Source: Candidatus Woesearchaeota archaeon (GTDB lineage: Archaea; Nanobdellota; Nanobdellia; Woesearchaeales; 21-14-0-10-32-9). Taken from it: a DNA stretch of 64,000 nt. The notes under the pieces are model-generated. The model saw nothing but the letters and a program-made list of their open reading frames with translations. It made no database searches and was not told where the DNA came from. Of the stretch, positions 48,304-58,227 are shown one piece after another (position 1 is the stretch's first letter; each line of letters begins with the position of its first letter). The stretch spans positions 2,525-66,524 of the forward strand of contig JBKHAC010000002.1 in NCBI GenBank assembly GCA_046543095.1, given 5' to 3'. The position numbers and the translations under genes were made by a program.

Positions 48304-49017
48304 ATGGCAGAGATAAAAGTAACATACGAAACCCTCTTCGACCTCCTGCGCAGAGAGAAAGGACGAGGAGATTTACAACAATTAGATGCCGAATTCTATG
48401 AAGATGTTAAAGAATATATCGCTGAGAAAAAAAAATCACTCCAAATAACTACATCTAGAGGCGAGAGAGAAAAAACAAACATACAACTCAAAAACGTCAA
48501 AAAAATACTCCGAGAACTATACGAACTTCGAGAAAAAAAAATAATAAGCATAGCATCAAGTAAAGTAAAAACACAATCAAACCTAATAGATACAAGCAAA
48601 CTACTCACCTCAGAAAAAAAATTATTTGAAGATGCCTGCGAATTATTTCAAAAATACAAAGAAGAAATACTAGAAAATATAACAAACGATGAACAAACAC
48701 GAAACTACTACTCAGACGAAAAACAAGAATACACTCCAGAAACAAAAACTACAACTGAGAATAAGCACACCCACGAAAAACAAGAAGATAAACGAAGCGT
48801 GAACGAGACTCAAAAAAATATAGAAAAACAAGATATGACAAAAGAACAAATAATTAACGAAAACGAAATCACAAACATAAAAATATTAAACGACCTACCA
48901 AGATTCTTAGGAGTCGATAAAAAAATATACGGACCCTATAAAAAAGGAGACGAAACACAAATGCCCTACGGAACAGCAAAATTATTACTCGATAAAAAAA
49001 GAGCACAAAAGATATAA
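48304..49017 (+). CDS. GINS-family protein (Gins51-like A domain plus C-terminal B domain) with a low-complexity linker
   Basis: N-terminal YETLFDLLRREK...LQQLDAEFYEDVKEYI. C-terminal LPRFLGVDKKIYGPYKKGDETQMPYGTAKLLLDKK resembles the Gins51 B domain. Confidence 0.4.
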   Translation: MAEIKVTYETLFDLLRREKGRGDLQQLDAEFYEDVKEYIAEKKKSLQITTSRGEREKTNIQLKNVKKILRELYELREKKIISIASSKVKTQSNLIDTSKLLTSEKKLFEDACELFQKYKEEILENITNDEQTRNYYSDEKQEYTPETKTTTENKHTHEKQEDKRSVNETQKNIEKQDMTKEQIINENEITNIKILNDLPRFLGVDKKIYGPYKKGDETQMPYGTAKLLLDKKRAQKI

Positions 49018-49223
49018 TTATTCTTCATCATCTTCATCAAAAAAAGAAGCCAAATTCTTACTACCAATCTTCGCCTTATAACTAATATCAGCCATACTCA
49101 ATCTAAAACAAAACACTATATAAACACTATGGTTCTTGAAAGGCACCAAACAAAGAATTACAATAGACAAATATTTAAAAAAAAAGAAAAAATTAAACTC
49201 CGAAAAACAAGTAAAAAACTAAT

Positions 49224-49307
49224 TTACTTCTTTTTCTTTGCTGCTTTCTTAGCTGGAGCTTTTGCTGCAGGTTTAGCTGCTTTCTTAGCTGTTTTTTTTG
49301 CTGCCAT
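49224..49307 (-). CDS. Candidate 27-aa Lys/Ala-rich basic peptide (MAAKKTAKKAAKPAAKAPAKKAAKKKK)
   Basis: GAGGTG SD lies 8 nt upstream of the ATG. A local GC-rich patch that codes Ala. A + strand ORF (49129..49314) overlaps it. Confidence 0.3.
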   Translation of the reverse strand: MAAKKTAKKAAKPAAKAPAKKAAKKKK

Positions 49308-49584
49308 AATATAAACACCTCAAGAAACGCTTGTAATTTAATTATTTAAATAATTTTTGTTTTTTAACCAATAAAAACGTATCAAAACTGATTAAACGAA
49401 ATAAAACTAAATAAAAACCATTTAAAATTGTTTAAATTTTTTTAAAACAAGTTTAAACATTAAAAAGACGTATTAAGCGTTTAAATAAACAAAAAAAGAC
49501 CAAAAAAATCTTAAAAATCAAAAAAAAAAACAATTTTAAACTTTTTAAAAAAAACAAGTCTCAAAATATGATGCATTTATAAAT

Positions 49585-49980
49585 TCAATCAACAAAACCC
49601 TGTTTATACTCTTTAATTAAACTATTCAAACCATTAAAGAATTCATATTTTTGCTTTTTACGAGAAAAAAAACCAAGATCTTTCGAAACAAAAACAGAAC
49701 TCGCAACATAACAAAGATCCACAAGCTTTTTAGAGTCATCTTGATTTATTGCCCTAGAAAACGCAGAAGAATAATTGTTTACAAGATACTCTTTTATTTT
49801 ATAATGCCCTGATTTTTGATACGCAGGATGCATCAAAACTAACCGTTCAAATTCAAAGAAAACATCATCTAAACTACTAACAGGACCTGAAACACCCTCA
49901 TAATTAAAACTTTCCTGTGAAAACATACTTATTTTTCTTAAATGATCATAATCTACATTAAAAACAGAGTTTTTAGCCAT
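49585..49980 (-). CDS. Hypothetical protein
   Basis: ORF only. Confidence 0.3.
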   Translation of the reverse strand: MAKNSVFNVDYDHLRKISMFSQESFNYEGVSGPVSSLDDVFFEFERLVLMHPAYQKSGHYKIKEYLVNNYSSAFSRAINQDDSKKLVDLCYVASSVFVSKDLGFFSRKKQKYEFFNGLNSLIKEYKQGFVD

Positions 49981-50194
49981 AAGAATAAATAAACAAAAAA
50001 AAACAAATTTAAAACTTACTCAAAAAAAACCGAAAAAACCACGAACAAAATTAAAAATATGACTTTTAAAAATTATAATTGTTTTATAATATCTTCACAT
50101 CATAAAATCTTTTTATGATACAACCGAGTCTTAAATATGATACTTAGGTGCCAGCTACACATGCACAAAAATCAGGTCTTGCCTAGAATGGTGC

Positions 50195-50320
50195 AAATAT
50201 GTATGCTGCACAAATTAATAAAGCCAGAATTGTTTATTAAAACGAGGTTATTGAAACCAATATTTGAGTTCAGTGGTTTGCCAAACAGTATACAAAATAC
50301 AGACATTCTAAATAAGCACA
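50195..50320 (+). repeat. Degenerate family-1 repeat copy in the leader region upstream of rpl1
   Basis: GAAACCAATATTTGAGTTCAGTGGTTTGCCAAACAGTATACAAAATACAGAC aligns to AAACCAATGTTTATTTTGAGTGGTTTGCTCGGCAGTATACAAAAAACAAC. Confidence 0.55.
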
Positions 50321-50403
50321 AAAATCAATAAGATTTATAAATCAAAACCTATTCCTAGTGAACTAGACCCGCAAGTAACTACTTGATGTAGGAGGGAAAA
50401 AGC

Positions 50404-51054
50404 ATGAAAAAAGAATCATTAATAAAAGCAATTGAAGATTTGCGAAAAGCAGAAAATAAAAAGAAATTCGCACAATCATTTGATTTAATAGTAAATCTAA
50501 AAGACTTAAACTTAAAGAATCCTGAAGAACAAGTTGATTTCTTCACAAACTTGAAATATTCTTCATCTAAAGTTAAAGTTGCAGCACTTGTCGGACAAGA
50601 ATTAAACGATGCAGCACAAGTATGTGATAAAGTAATAAAACAAACAGAATTTGACGCATATAAAAAAGATAAAAAACTTGCAAAGAAACTCGCATCAGAA
50701 TATGACTTCTTCATAGCGCAAGCAGACATAATGCCAAAAGTAGCTCAAACATTTGGACGAGTACTTGGAACAAGAGGAAAAATGCCAAATCCAAAACTTG
50801 GAACAATCCTCCCAGGAAAAGCACCAGTTGAACCAGTATACAAAAAATTACAATCAACAGTAAGACTCTCCGCAAAAAAAACACCTGTTCTACAAATAAA
50901 AATAGGAACAGAGAAAATGAAAGATGAAGAAATAATAGATAATGCACTCATTATATATGATCAAATAATTCATCATTTACCAAAAGAGAGATCTAATGTA
51001 AAAAATGCTATGCTCAAACTTACAATGAGCAAGCCAATAAAACTCGAAATATAG
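50404..51054 (+). CDS. rpl1: Ribosomal protein uL1
   Basis: Colinear with uL1 (..FAQSFDLIVNLKDL.., ..GTRGKMPNPKLGTI..). Confidence 0.9.
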   Translation: MKKESLIKAIEDLRKAENKKKFAQSFDLIVNLKDLNLKNPEEQVDFFTNLKYSSSKVKVAALVGQELNDAAQVCDKVIKQTEFDAYKKDKKLAKKLASEYDFFIAQADIMPKVAQTFGRVLGTRGKMPNPKLGTILPGKAPVEPVYKKLQSTVRLSAKKTPVLQIKIGTEKMKDEEIIDNALIIYDQIIHHLPKERSNVKNAMLKLTMSKPIKLEI

Positions 51055-51055
51055 G

Positions 51056-51922
51056 TTGATTATCATGACTGAAAAAATTCAAGCACACGTATCAGACGCA
51101 AAAACAAAAGTAGTAGCGGAATTCGTAAAATTAATACAAGAACACCCAGTAGTTGCAATTGTAAATGTAGAAAACTTACCTGCAAGACAACTCATGCATA
51201 TGAGGCACTCTCTTAGAGGAAAAGCACACTTGCAAATGACGAAACACAGACTCTTAAAATTAGCATTAGAGCAATCTGGAAAAAAAGATATAACAAAACT
51301 TGTAGAACATTTTAGAGGAATGCCTGCGATGCTATTCTCAAAAGAAAACCCGTTCACATTATTTAAAATATTAAAGAAAAGCAAATCCTCAGCTCCAATA
51401 AAAGCAGGACAAACAACGCCAAAAGACATATTAGTTAAAGCAGGCGGAACAGGATTTGCACCAGGACCAATCATAGGAGAACTCGGATCCTTCGGCATAA
51501 AAGCAGGAATTGACGGCGGAAAAGTCTCAATAAAAGAAGACAAAATAGTCGCAAAAGAAGGAGATGTAATAAATGCAAAACTAGCAGGAATTCTGCAGAG
51601 ACTAGAAATACACCCAATGGAAATAGGACTAAACCTAACTGCAGCATATGAAAACGGAGACATACTCACAAAGAATGTACTCGACATAGACGAAGACGCA
51701 TTCCTAGACTCAATAAAACAAGCACACTTAGATGCATTTAAATTAACACTATCACTTGCAATACCTACAAAAGAAAACATAGTTATGCTATTGCAAAACG
51801 CACATAAAGATGCAAATGCACTAGCAATAGAGCAAATGATAATGACTGACAGCAATAAAGAGCAAATACTTGCAAAAGCAGAAGCTCAAGCAAAAAGTCT
51901 GAAAAACAAAACAGGACAATAA
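51056..51922 (+). CDS. rpl10: Ribosomal protein uL10 (P0)
   Basis: Directly follows rpl1. 288 aa with the archaeal P0 N-terminal domain and an Ala-rich tail. Confidence 0.85.
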   Translation: MIIMTEKIQAHVSDAKTKVVAEFVKLIQEHPVVAIVNVENLPARQLMHMRHSLRGKAHLQMTKHRLLKLALEQSGKKDITKLVEHFRGMPAMLFSKENPFTLFKILKKSKSSAPIKAGQTTPKDILVKAGGTGFAPGPIIGELGSFGIKAGIDGGKVSIKEDKIVAKEGDVINAKLAGILQRLEIHPMEIGLNLTAAYENGDILTKNVLDIDEDAFLDSIKQAHLDAFKLTLSLAIPTKENIVMLLQNAHKDANALAIEQMIMTDSNKEQILAKAEAQAKSLKNKTGQ

Positions 51923-51951
51923 AGACCCAAATTAATGGAGGAATTAAAAAA

Positions 51952-52251
51952 ATGGAATACATATATGGTGCAATGTTACTACACAAAGCAGGACAAAAAG
52001 TAGATGAAGCTTCACTAAAAAAAGTACTCGAAGCTGCAAACGTCAAAGCAGACGACGGAAGAATAAAATCCTTAGTCGCAGCACTCGACGGCGTAGATAT
52101 AGACGAAGCAATCAAATCAGCAATAGTTGCAAGCGCAGCAGCAGCTCCAGCAGCAGCAGCTCCAGCAGCAGCTCCAGAGAAAAAAGAAGAGAAAAAAGAA
52201 GAGCCTAAAGAAGAAGAAGCAGCAGCAGGCCTTGGCGCACTCTTCGGATAA
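51952..52251 (+). CDS. rpl12: Ribosomal stalk protein P1 (aL12)
   Basis: [11 protein letters not shown]... with an A/P/E hinge and C-terminal [12 protein letters not shown]. Confidence 0.9.
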   Translation: MEYIYGAMLLHKAGQKVDEASLKKVLEAANVKADDGRIKSLVAALDGVDIDEAIKSAIVASAAAAPAAAAPAAAPEKKEEKKEEPKEEEAAAGLGALFG

Positions 52252-52303
52252 AAAAACCTTTTTTTAATCTTTTTTTAAATAATTAAAAAAATAGTGAACA
52301 ATC

Positions 52304-53191
52304 ATGACTGAAAATATTGAAACAAAAGAAATAGCTCAGAAAATAAAGCAAACAGAAACAGAAGTAAGCGCACTAAAAGAGAAATTATCCTCTTTAAACA
52401 CAGAAAAAGAAGCTTGGTTTGCAAAAAAAGGAACATTCTCAGACGCTATAAAAAAAAATATAGCAGAAATAAAAGAGCTAAAAATAAAAAGAAACGAGCT
52501 CACAACAAAAGTAAAAACACTAAAACGAGAGCGAGACGAATTAAACAAAGAAATATCAGACAATGTTAAAGTCATAGTAAAAGAAAAAAAAGACGCAGGA
52601 CCCATACCTGAGATAAAAGGAAAAAAAATAAGTCCAGGTAAAATAAAAAAAGAAATAGAACAAATAGAATTCAAATTACAAACAGAACCAATGGGCTTTG
52701 AAAAAGAACAAAAACTCAGAAAACAAATAAAAGCACAAGAAAAAATACTACACGAATTCGAAGGACAATTCAAAGCAACAAAAGAACTACGCGAAGTCTC
52801 AAACAAAACATCCTCACTTAAAAAAACAGCGAACGGAATACACAAAGAAATACAAGATGTTGCACAAGAGAGTCAAGACATACACGAAAAACTAATAACA
52901 AAATCAAAAGAAGTAGATGACCTCAAAGAAAAAGAAGAGGAAGCATACAAAAAATTCTTAGAACTCAAAGAAGAATTCAACAAACTAAACACAGAATTAC
53001 AAGATAAACACAAAGTATTCTTCGAGAGCAAACAAAAAAACAAAGAAACAAAAGTACAAGCCGCAAAGAAAAAAGCAAAAGAAGATGAGAAAACACTAAA
53101 AGAAAAAGCAAAAGAAGTCGAAGAAAAAATAACAAAAAGAAAAAAACTCACAACAGAAGACTTACTCATCATGCAACGCGGAACAAAATAA
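52304..53191 (+). CDS. K/E-rich coiled-coil protein downstream of the stalk operon
   Basis: Continuous heptad-like charge pattern. Strong coding-strand A bias. Confidence 0.45.
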   Translation: MTENIETKEIAQKIKQTETEVSALKEKLSSLNTEKEAWFAKKGTFSDAIKKNIAEIKELKIKRNELTTKVKTLKRERDELNKEISDNVKVIVKEKKDAGPIPEIKGKKISPGKIKKEIEQIEFKLQTEPMGFEKEQKLRKQIKAQEKILHEFEGQFKATKELREVSNKTSSLKKTANGIHKEIQDVAQESQDIHEKLITKSKEVDDLKEKEEEAYKKFLELKEEFNKLNTELQDKHKVFFESKQKNKETKVQAAKKKAKEDEKTLKEKAKEVEEKITKRKKLTTEDLLIMQRGTK

Positions 53192-53273
53192 CTTTATTTT
53201 TTATTTTTAATAAATTTTTTAACTTCTATTATTAATCAAACTTGTTTGATTTTCTTGAAAATAAAAAAAAATA

Positions 53274-54140
53274 TTAAGATTTAAGATTATTTAATAAATC
53301 AACAACAAAAGACATAGACCCATCATTTACAATAACAATATCAAATTTAGACAAATACAAACCAAGCTTCTCCCCAACATTATCATTTAAAAAACCAATC
53401 TTCAAAACAACATCCAAATTAGAATCATCAACCATACTAATATCATCTAAAGAATCACCAAGCAAAATAACACAAGACCTATCACGAATTAAATCTAAAT
53501 ACATCTCATCCTGAATTAAACACTCAGACTTATTCATAAGATGAATAACATCTTCCTTGTAGCCAGTAGCAAAACCCTCGCTATTAAAGTCAAAAGTATT
53601 AGATAAAACATGAACATTACCAAAAAACAAACCATCTTTTTTCAAATAACCCTCAATTAAATTACCAATACCCGCCGAGAAAATAAGCAAAGGAATATCA
53701 TTATCAGACAAAAAACGTAAAACATCATCTGCGCCCTCACGAAAAACGTTAGGATATTTAACCAAAATATCATCAATAATACTCTTATGCATGCCACACT
53801 CAACAAATAATTTTTCATGAGTCTCCCACCACGCCTGCATCATCTTAAACCTAAAATCATAATCAAGAGATAAATCAAGCTCAATAGGATTATACTTATT
53901 GTACAAAGCAAACGCGCGAGAAGGATAATCCTCAGATAAATAACCACCCTCACGAATCAAACCAATAGCTGACGGAATCTTCTTACCAGAAATAAAACAT
54001 TTAGTTAAAGTCCTATCAAAATCAGATACAACGTGCAACTTAGAAAAACCACGAGACTTAATCTTATCCAGTTTATCTTTAAGCAAAACCTCGTCCTTGA
54101 AATAAATATTAGTCACAAAAACAATAAACAAACACCTCAC
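53274..54140 (-). CDS. HAD-superfamily hydrolase, pyrimidine 5'-nucleotidase (UMPH-1)-like
   Basis: Motif I HVVSDFDRTLT. Later IFSAGIGNLIE and GDSLDD HAD motifs. Confidence 0.45.
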   Translation of the reverse strand: MRCLFIVFVTNIYFKDEVLLKDKLDKIKSRGFSKLHVVSDFDRTLTKCFISGKKIPSAIGLIREGGYLSEDYPSRAFALYNKYNPIELDLSLDYDFRFKMMQAWWETHEKLFVECGMHKSIIDDILVKYPNVFREGADDVLRFLSDNDIPLLIFSAGIGNLIEGYLKKDGLFFGNVHVLSNTFDFNSEGFATGYKEDVIHLMNKSECLIQDEMYLDLIRDRSCVILLGDSLDDISMVDDSNLDVVLKIGFLNDNVGEKLGLYLSKFDIVIVNDGSMSFVVDLLNNLKS

Positions 54141-54167
54141 TTAAATAATTTATTAAAATAAAGTTGT

Positions 54168-54294
54168 GGACAAAATTTTTTGGTAATACCACGAACTTCG
54201 AGCATTATTTGGTTCGTGGTGCCGAGTCTATTTAATTCGTGTTTAAATCCATATTGCTCGTTTAGGTATTACCAACTTTTTATATCCTTTACTA
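54168..54294 (+). repeat. Family-5 TIR element
   Basis: GGTAATACCACGAACTTCGAG ... CTCGTTTAGGTATTACC. Copies at 55265, 57523 (head) and 58228 (tail). Confidence 0.75.
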
Positions 54295-54504
54295 ATAACG
54301 TGAAAATACCAAAAATCACTTTTGCGTAACAAAACCCAAGAAGAACTAACGCAAATTTCTACAATCTTATTTTTCTCGTGAAGTACCAATTAAAATCATA
54401 ATCGCCACTGACACAGTAAAGCAAAAAACCCAAGTTATAATAAAAACTCAAAGTATAAATAAAACAACAAATTACCTAAAAAAATAATAAGGAGGATGAT
54501 ACAA

Positions 54505-54969
54505 ATGTTAAAGGAAGGAGATATCGCACCAAGTTTTTCACTCAAAGACCAAAACGGAAAAGTACATACACTAAAAGATTACACAGGACAAAAAATAGTA
54601 CTATATTTTTATCCAAAAGATAACACACCAGGATGCACAAAAGAAGCATGCGCATTTCGCGATATATACGAAGAATACAAAAAAAATAATATACTTGTTC
54701 TAGGCATTAGCAAAGACACAGAAAAAAGCCACAAAAATTTTGCTGAAAAACACAATTTACCATTTAATTTACTTATAGACGAAAACCGAGACATACTAGA
54801 AAAATACGGTGCGTGGACAAAAAAAAGTCTATATGGTAAAATGTTCATGGGGATACAAAGAATAACCTATGTTATAGATGAGAAAGGCCACATACTCAAA
54901 GTATACCCAAAAGTAAAACCTGAAGATCACGCAAAACAAATACTTAAAGACATAGGAATAAATACATAA
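54505..54969 (+). CDS. bcp: Peroxiredoxin Bcp/PrxQ
   Basis: YFYPKDNTPGCTKEACAFRD peroxidatic Cys motif. SD AGGAGG 9 nt upstream of the ATG at 54505 (the track starts at 54496). Confidence 0.85.
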   Translation: MLKEGDIAPSFSLKDQNGKVHTLKDYTGQKIVLYFYPKDNTPGCTKEACAFRDIYEEYKKNNILVLGISKDTEKSHKNFAEKHNLPFNLLIDENRDILEKYGAWTKKSLYGKMFMGIQRITYVIDEKGHILKVYPKVKPEDHAKQILKDIGINT

Positions 54970-55036
54970 AACTACAAGGATAAAAAAACAATTTTTCTAA
55001 CAATACCTGCATAGCGTAGACGAGCAAAGAGTTTTA

Positions 55037-55180
55037 TTACAAATTGGGTTTAATACCCCGCTGCTTCGCAGTGACTTCAGACTCGATTTGTAATGACAGA
55101 AAATCCGCCAGCGAAAATTCGCGTCAGTACTCCGCAGCTCTGCTGCGCGAGATAGCGAATTTTAGGATTTTCGTTTTATT
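55037..55180 (+). ncRNA. Family-2 structured element, copy C
   Basis: Outer stem TTACAAATTGGGT/ACTCGATTTGTAA (two G-T wobbles). Inner stems conserved. Confidence 0.45.
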
Positions 55181-55195
55181 TCGTTTTTAAAACCG

Positions 55196-55260
55196 AGTCT
55201 AGTTAAAACGTGTTTGTAAACACAGGGCTCTTTTAAGCGCTAGCTACTCTCTACTTTTTA
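55196..55260 (+). repeat. Family-6 element
   Basis: Matches 20928..21000. Confidence 0.6.
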
Positions 55261-55264
55261 GCAA

Positions 55265-55395
55265 TGGACAAAAGTTTTTGATAATGCCACGAGCTTCGCA
55301 TATTATTTAGTATATGGCACCGAGTCTATCGAATTCGTATTTGAATTCGTATTGCTCTTTTAGGCATTACCAACTTTTTATGTCCTCAACTATTT
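55265..55395 (+). repeat. Family-5 TIR element (intact reference copy)
   Basis: GACAAAAGTTTTTGATAATGCCACGAGCTTCGC ... GTATTGCTCTTTTAGGCATTACCAACTTTTTATGTCCTCAACTA. Confidence 0.75.
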
Positions 55396-55451
55396 AGGGG
55401 CAAAACTTAAATAATACTTAGAGATTATATTGAATAAATAAGGTGATACAA

Positions 55452-56129
55452 ATGAAAAAAATAATTATGATAATAAGCCTTGTAGCATTACTTTTAGTCG
55501 CAGCATGCACACAAGACAATGCACAAGAAAACAACGAATTATCAGAGGATGTACTTTCTCAAGATGATAACTTAATAGAAATAGGAAATGAAAACCAAGA
55601 AGAAGAATTACCAGAAATAGCGGCAACAGCTAACGGCGATATAATACTCACAGAAGAAGTTCTCAGCTTCCAATCACAAATGATGATGCAAGGAGTACAA
55701 CTAAACTTAGATGACGCATTAACAGAATTAATTAACAGACGACTTATTATACAAGAAGCAAAAAATAGAGGATATGAAGTTACAATACAAGATGTAAAAG
55801 ATTTATTCTTAAAACAAGGATTTGAAGAAGAACAACTAAAAGAAACAATAGACTCGCAAGGAATGAACTACGAAGAATTCCTAGAAAGCCAAATGGATGA
55901 TACACTATTCATATTATTACTTGAAGAAGAAAAAGAAAAAGTAGAAGTTACAGATGAAAATGCACAAGCATTCTACGAAGAAAACAAACATTTACTTGAA
56001 GAAAATGTAACCTACGAAGAAGTAGAACAAGAAATATACGATATATTAAAAGAACAAGAATCAATGGAAGCATTAACAGAAATACTAAATGAAGCACTAC
56101 TCACAGCAGAAATAGAAAAATTCATTTAA
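55452..56129 (+). CDS. Lipoprotein with a SurA-N-like chaperone domain
   Basis: Lipobox LLVAAC. Acidic helical body resembling SurA N-terminal/PpiD-type domains. SD AAGGTGATACAAATG. Confidence 0.4.
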   Translation: MKKIIMIISLVALLLVAACTQDNAQENNELSEDVLSQDDNLIEIGNENQEEELPEIAATANGDIILTEEVLSFQSQMMMQGVQLNLDDALTELINRRLIIQEAKNRGYEVTIQDVKDLFLKQGFEEEQLKETIDSQGMNYEEFLESQMDDTLFILLLEEEKEKVEVTDENAQAFYEENKHLLEENVTYEEVEQEIYDILKEQESMEALTEILNEALLTAEIEKFI

Positions 56130-56712
56130 ATATTTTTTTTTCAATTTTTTTTTCAACAAATAAAAACATCAAATCCTGATATACACTAAAAATTCTTTTA
56201 CCCTCAAGCTTAGACTTAAGAACACGCTCAATCTCAGAGTAATACCACTTAATATTATCATAAGAACCATTAAGAGAAGACCAAACATCAATACCACTAT
56301 CCAAGTCCTCTTTAATAGATAAAAGAGTAGAAACCTTATCAGCACAAAAAACTAAAAGTTCATCAGAACTTGCACCCTCAAGCTTCGCAATTGCTCCTCG
56401 TTTACGTTCAAACCACGACATTTTCAAATCAGATTTAGAGAAATTAACATTATTTTTTGACTCAGTACAAAATTTAACCAACTTAAAAACACGATCCCCA
56501 AAATCAGCCCTAAGCTCACTTTCAGAATAATTAGTATCCTCCAAAGTATCATGCAAGATGCCTGCACAGATAACCTCAACATCATCAGTCTCATACATTA
56601 AATACTTAGCAGCATCAAGCAAATGAACAAAATAAGGCGCACCAGACGCCTTACGACGCTGACCATTATGAAGCTCATAAGCCTTACTAAACGCTTTTAA
56701 AATCAAATCCAT
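56122..56712 (-). CDS. HD-domain (p)ppGpp hydrolase-like protein (SpoT/Mesh1 small alarmone hydrolase type)
   Basis: HGQRRKASGAPYFVHLLDAAKYL...ICAGILHDTLEDT matches the RelA/SpoT HD hydrolase signature. 196 aa, single domain. Confidence 0.6.
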   Translation of the reverse strand: MDLILKAFSKAYELHNGQRRKASGAPYFVHLLDAAKYLMYETDDVEVICAGILHDTLEDTNYSESELRADFGDRVFKLVKFCTESKNNVNFSKSDLKMSWFERKRGAIAKLEGASSDELLVFCADKVSTLLSIKEDLDSGIDVWSSLNGSYDNIKWYYSEIERVLKSKLEGKRIFSVYQDLMFLFVEKKIEKKIFK

Positions 56713-56774
56713 AATATGAAACTGAATAAAACTTGCAATTTAAATTATTTACTAAATTATATTCATAAAAAATA

Positions 56775-57470
56775 TTAATCCCACAAAAATTCTTCAAGAT
56801 TAAAATCATTCTCAAATTGCATCTTCGCAATATTAGAAATAAAACTCGGCTCAAAATCAGAATTAAATACAGACTGATTAACACCACCTTCAAGCAAGAT
56901 ATCATATGAAATCTCAACACAATTGTTAAATAACATATTATATTCCCTATTTTTCTCAAGTAAAGATAAATCAAAATTAGAAAATTCCTCAAAAGACATA
57001 TTTTGATTATCTAAATAATCTAAAAAAAAAGACTCAGCCTTAACAAAACTAGAACTAAAATTACCACGAACAAGCAAAGCAGAATCAAAAGGCGCATGAT
57101 AGTTCTGAAAAGAACCACTTTCTGCAAGCCACAAATTAAACGCATCCAAACCAGACATAGCAAAAGACGGAACCTCAACAAAAACAACTTTTTTTAACTG
57201 CCAAGAAAAATAATACCAAGAATTATTATGCTCAAGTAAAAGAGTAGTATGACCAAAACCAAGCGCACCACTAGACGCAGTTAAAATAACAGCACGATTA
57301 TTCTTAGATGATTCAAATTCATTTATAAATCTAATTTTATCATCTGACATATTCAAATCATCAAAAAATAAAGGCCTAAACGCCAAAGCACCAACACTTA
57401 AGGAAATAATAACAAATACCAATAATAAAATAAAAAACCTAAACCTTCCACTTTGCCTATATTTAAGCAT
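56775..57470 (-). CDS. Hypothetical membrane-anchored protein
   Basis: N-terminal TM helix. ORF only. Confidence 0.3.
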   Translation of the reverse strand: MLKYRQSGRFRFFILLLVFVIISLSVGALAFRPLFFDDLNMSDDKIRFINEFESSKNNRAVILTASSGALGFGHTTLLLEHNNSWYYFSWQLKKVVFVEVPSFAMSGLDAFNLWLAESGSFQNYHAPFDSALLVRGNFSSSFVKAESFFLDYLDNQNMSFEEFSNFDLSLLEKNREYNMLFNNCVEISYDILLEGGVNQSVFNSDFEPSFISNIAKMQFENDFNLEEFLWD

Positions 57471-57522
57471 AAACCTAAGAATAAACAGCTTAAAATATAA
57501 ATTTTTTCATAAATTAGTCACA

Positions 57523-57640
57523 GACAAAAGTTTTTGATAATGCCACGAGCTTCGCATATTGGTTGGTTTGTGGCGCCGAGCATGTTGAATTCGTGTTTAA
57601 ATTTGTATTGCCCGCCAGAGGCTCTCTTAATTTTAAAAAC
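57523..57640 (+). repeat. Family-5 element head, interrupted at 57612..57622
   Basis: Matches 55265..55375, then diverges at CCGCCAGAGGC. Confidence 0.7.
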
Positions 57641-57667
57641 AATGATGCTTTTCAAACAAAGAATTAT

Positions 57668-57997
57668 TCACATTCGAAAACCAAACTTCTTTAAGTCTTC
57701 TTTTAATTTGTCAATTACATGTTGTTGATTATTTTTTTTGCTTAATGCCACGAACTTTATTATCAAGTTTTTTAATTCTTCTTTTGTAATTATGTGTTTC
57801 TTTGAGTCTTGCACTATAAAGTAAAATCTAAACGATTTTAATCTTTCTTCCCTTATAACAATGTTCGTGATTAAAGTCACAAAATCCCCATCAGCTGGAC
57901 TTGTTAATGCTAATTCGTTTACTAATATTTTAGCTTCTGTTTTAGAAGAATGTTTTTTTAATTCTTTAATAAATTGTTTTGAGAATTCAACTACCAT
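57668..57997 (-). CDS. RelE/ParE-superfamily toxin
   Basis: FSKQFIKELKK...KILVNELALTSP...FRFYFIVQD pattern typical of RelE/ParE. Overlaps the upstream antitoxin ORF by 7 nt. Confidence 0.55.
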   Translation of the reverse strand: MVVEFSKQFIKELKKHSSKTEAKILVNELALTSPADGDFVTLITNIVIREERLKSFRFYFIVQDSKKHIITKEELKNLIIKFVALSKKNNQQHVIDKLKEDLKKFGFRM

Positions 57998-58185
57998 TTT
58001 TCTATTTCTTTTAGTGCTTCGTCTAATGATAAAGTATCTGAACTAAAGAATACTTGAGCATTTAATCTAGTAATTTCGTGATTATATAATCTATTCAGAA
58101 CCGCGTCCCAACTCTCTGATTTGTTAGCAATTTGTCTAAGTTTATCTCTTGTTTCTTGTTGTACAGGGATTGTTGTTAATGACAT
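57991..58185 (-). CDS. Antitoxin-like small protein (64 aa)
   Basis: Immediately upstream of and overlapping the toxin gene. Size and acidic C-terminus typical of type II antitoxins. Confidence 0.5.
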   Translation of the reverse strand: MSLTTIPVQQETRDKLRQIANKSESWDAVLNRLYNHEITRLNAQVFFSSDTLSLDEALKEIEKW

Positions 58186-58227
58186 CTTATAACCTTATAA
58201 TTTGCTTATATTTATATATTTTTCGCT

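Noticed and set aside
51079-51855. 258-aa antisense ORF opposite rpl10 (and 52336..52845 and 52873..53172 opposite the coiled-coil gene)
   Set aside because: Opposite a highly conserved ribosomal protein gene. Ser/Phe/Cys-rich low-complexity translation typical of the T-rich antisense strand.
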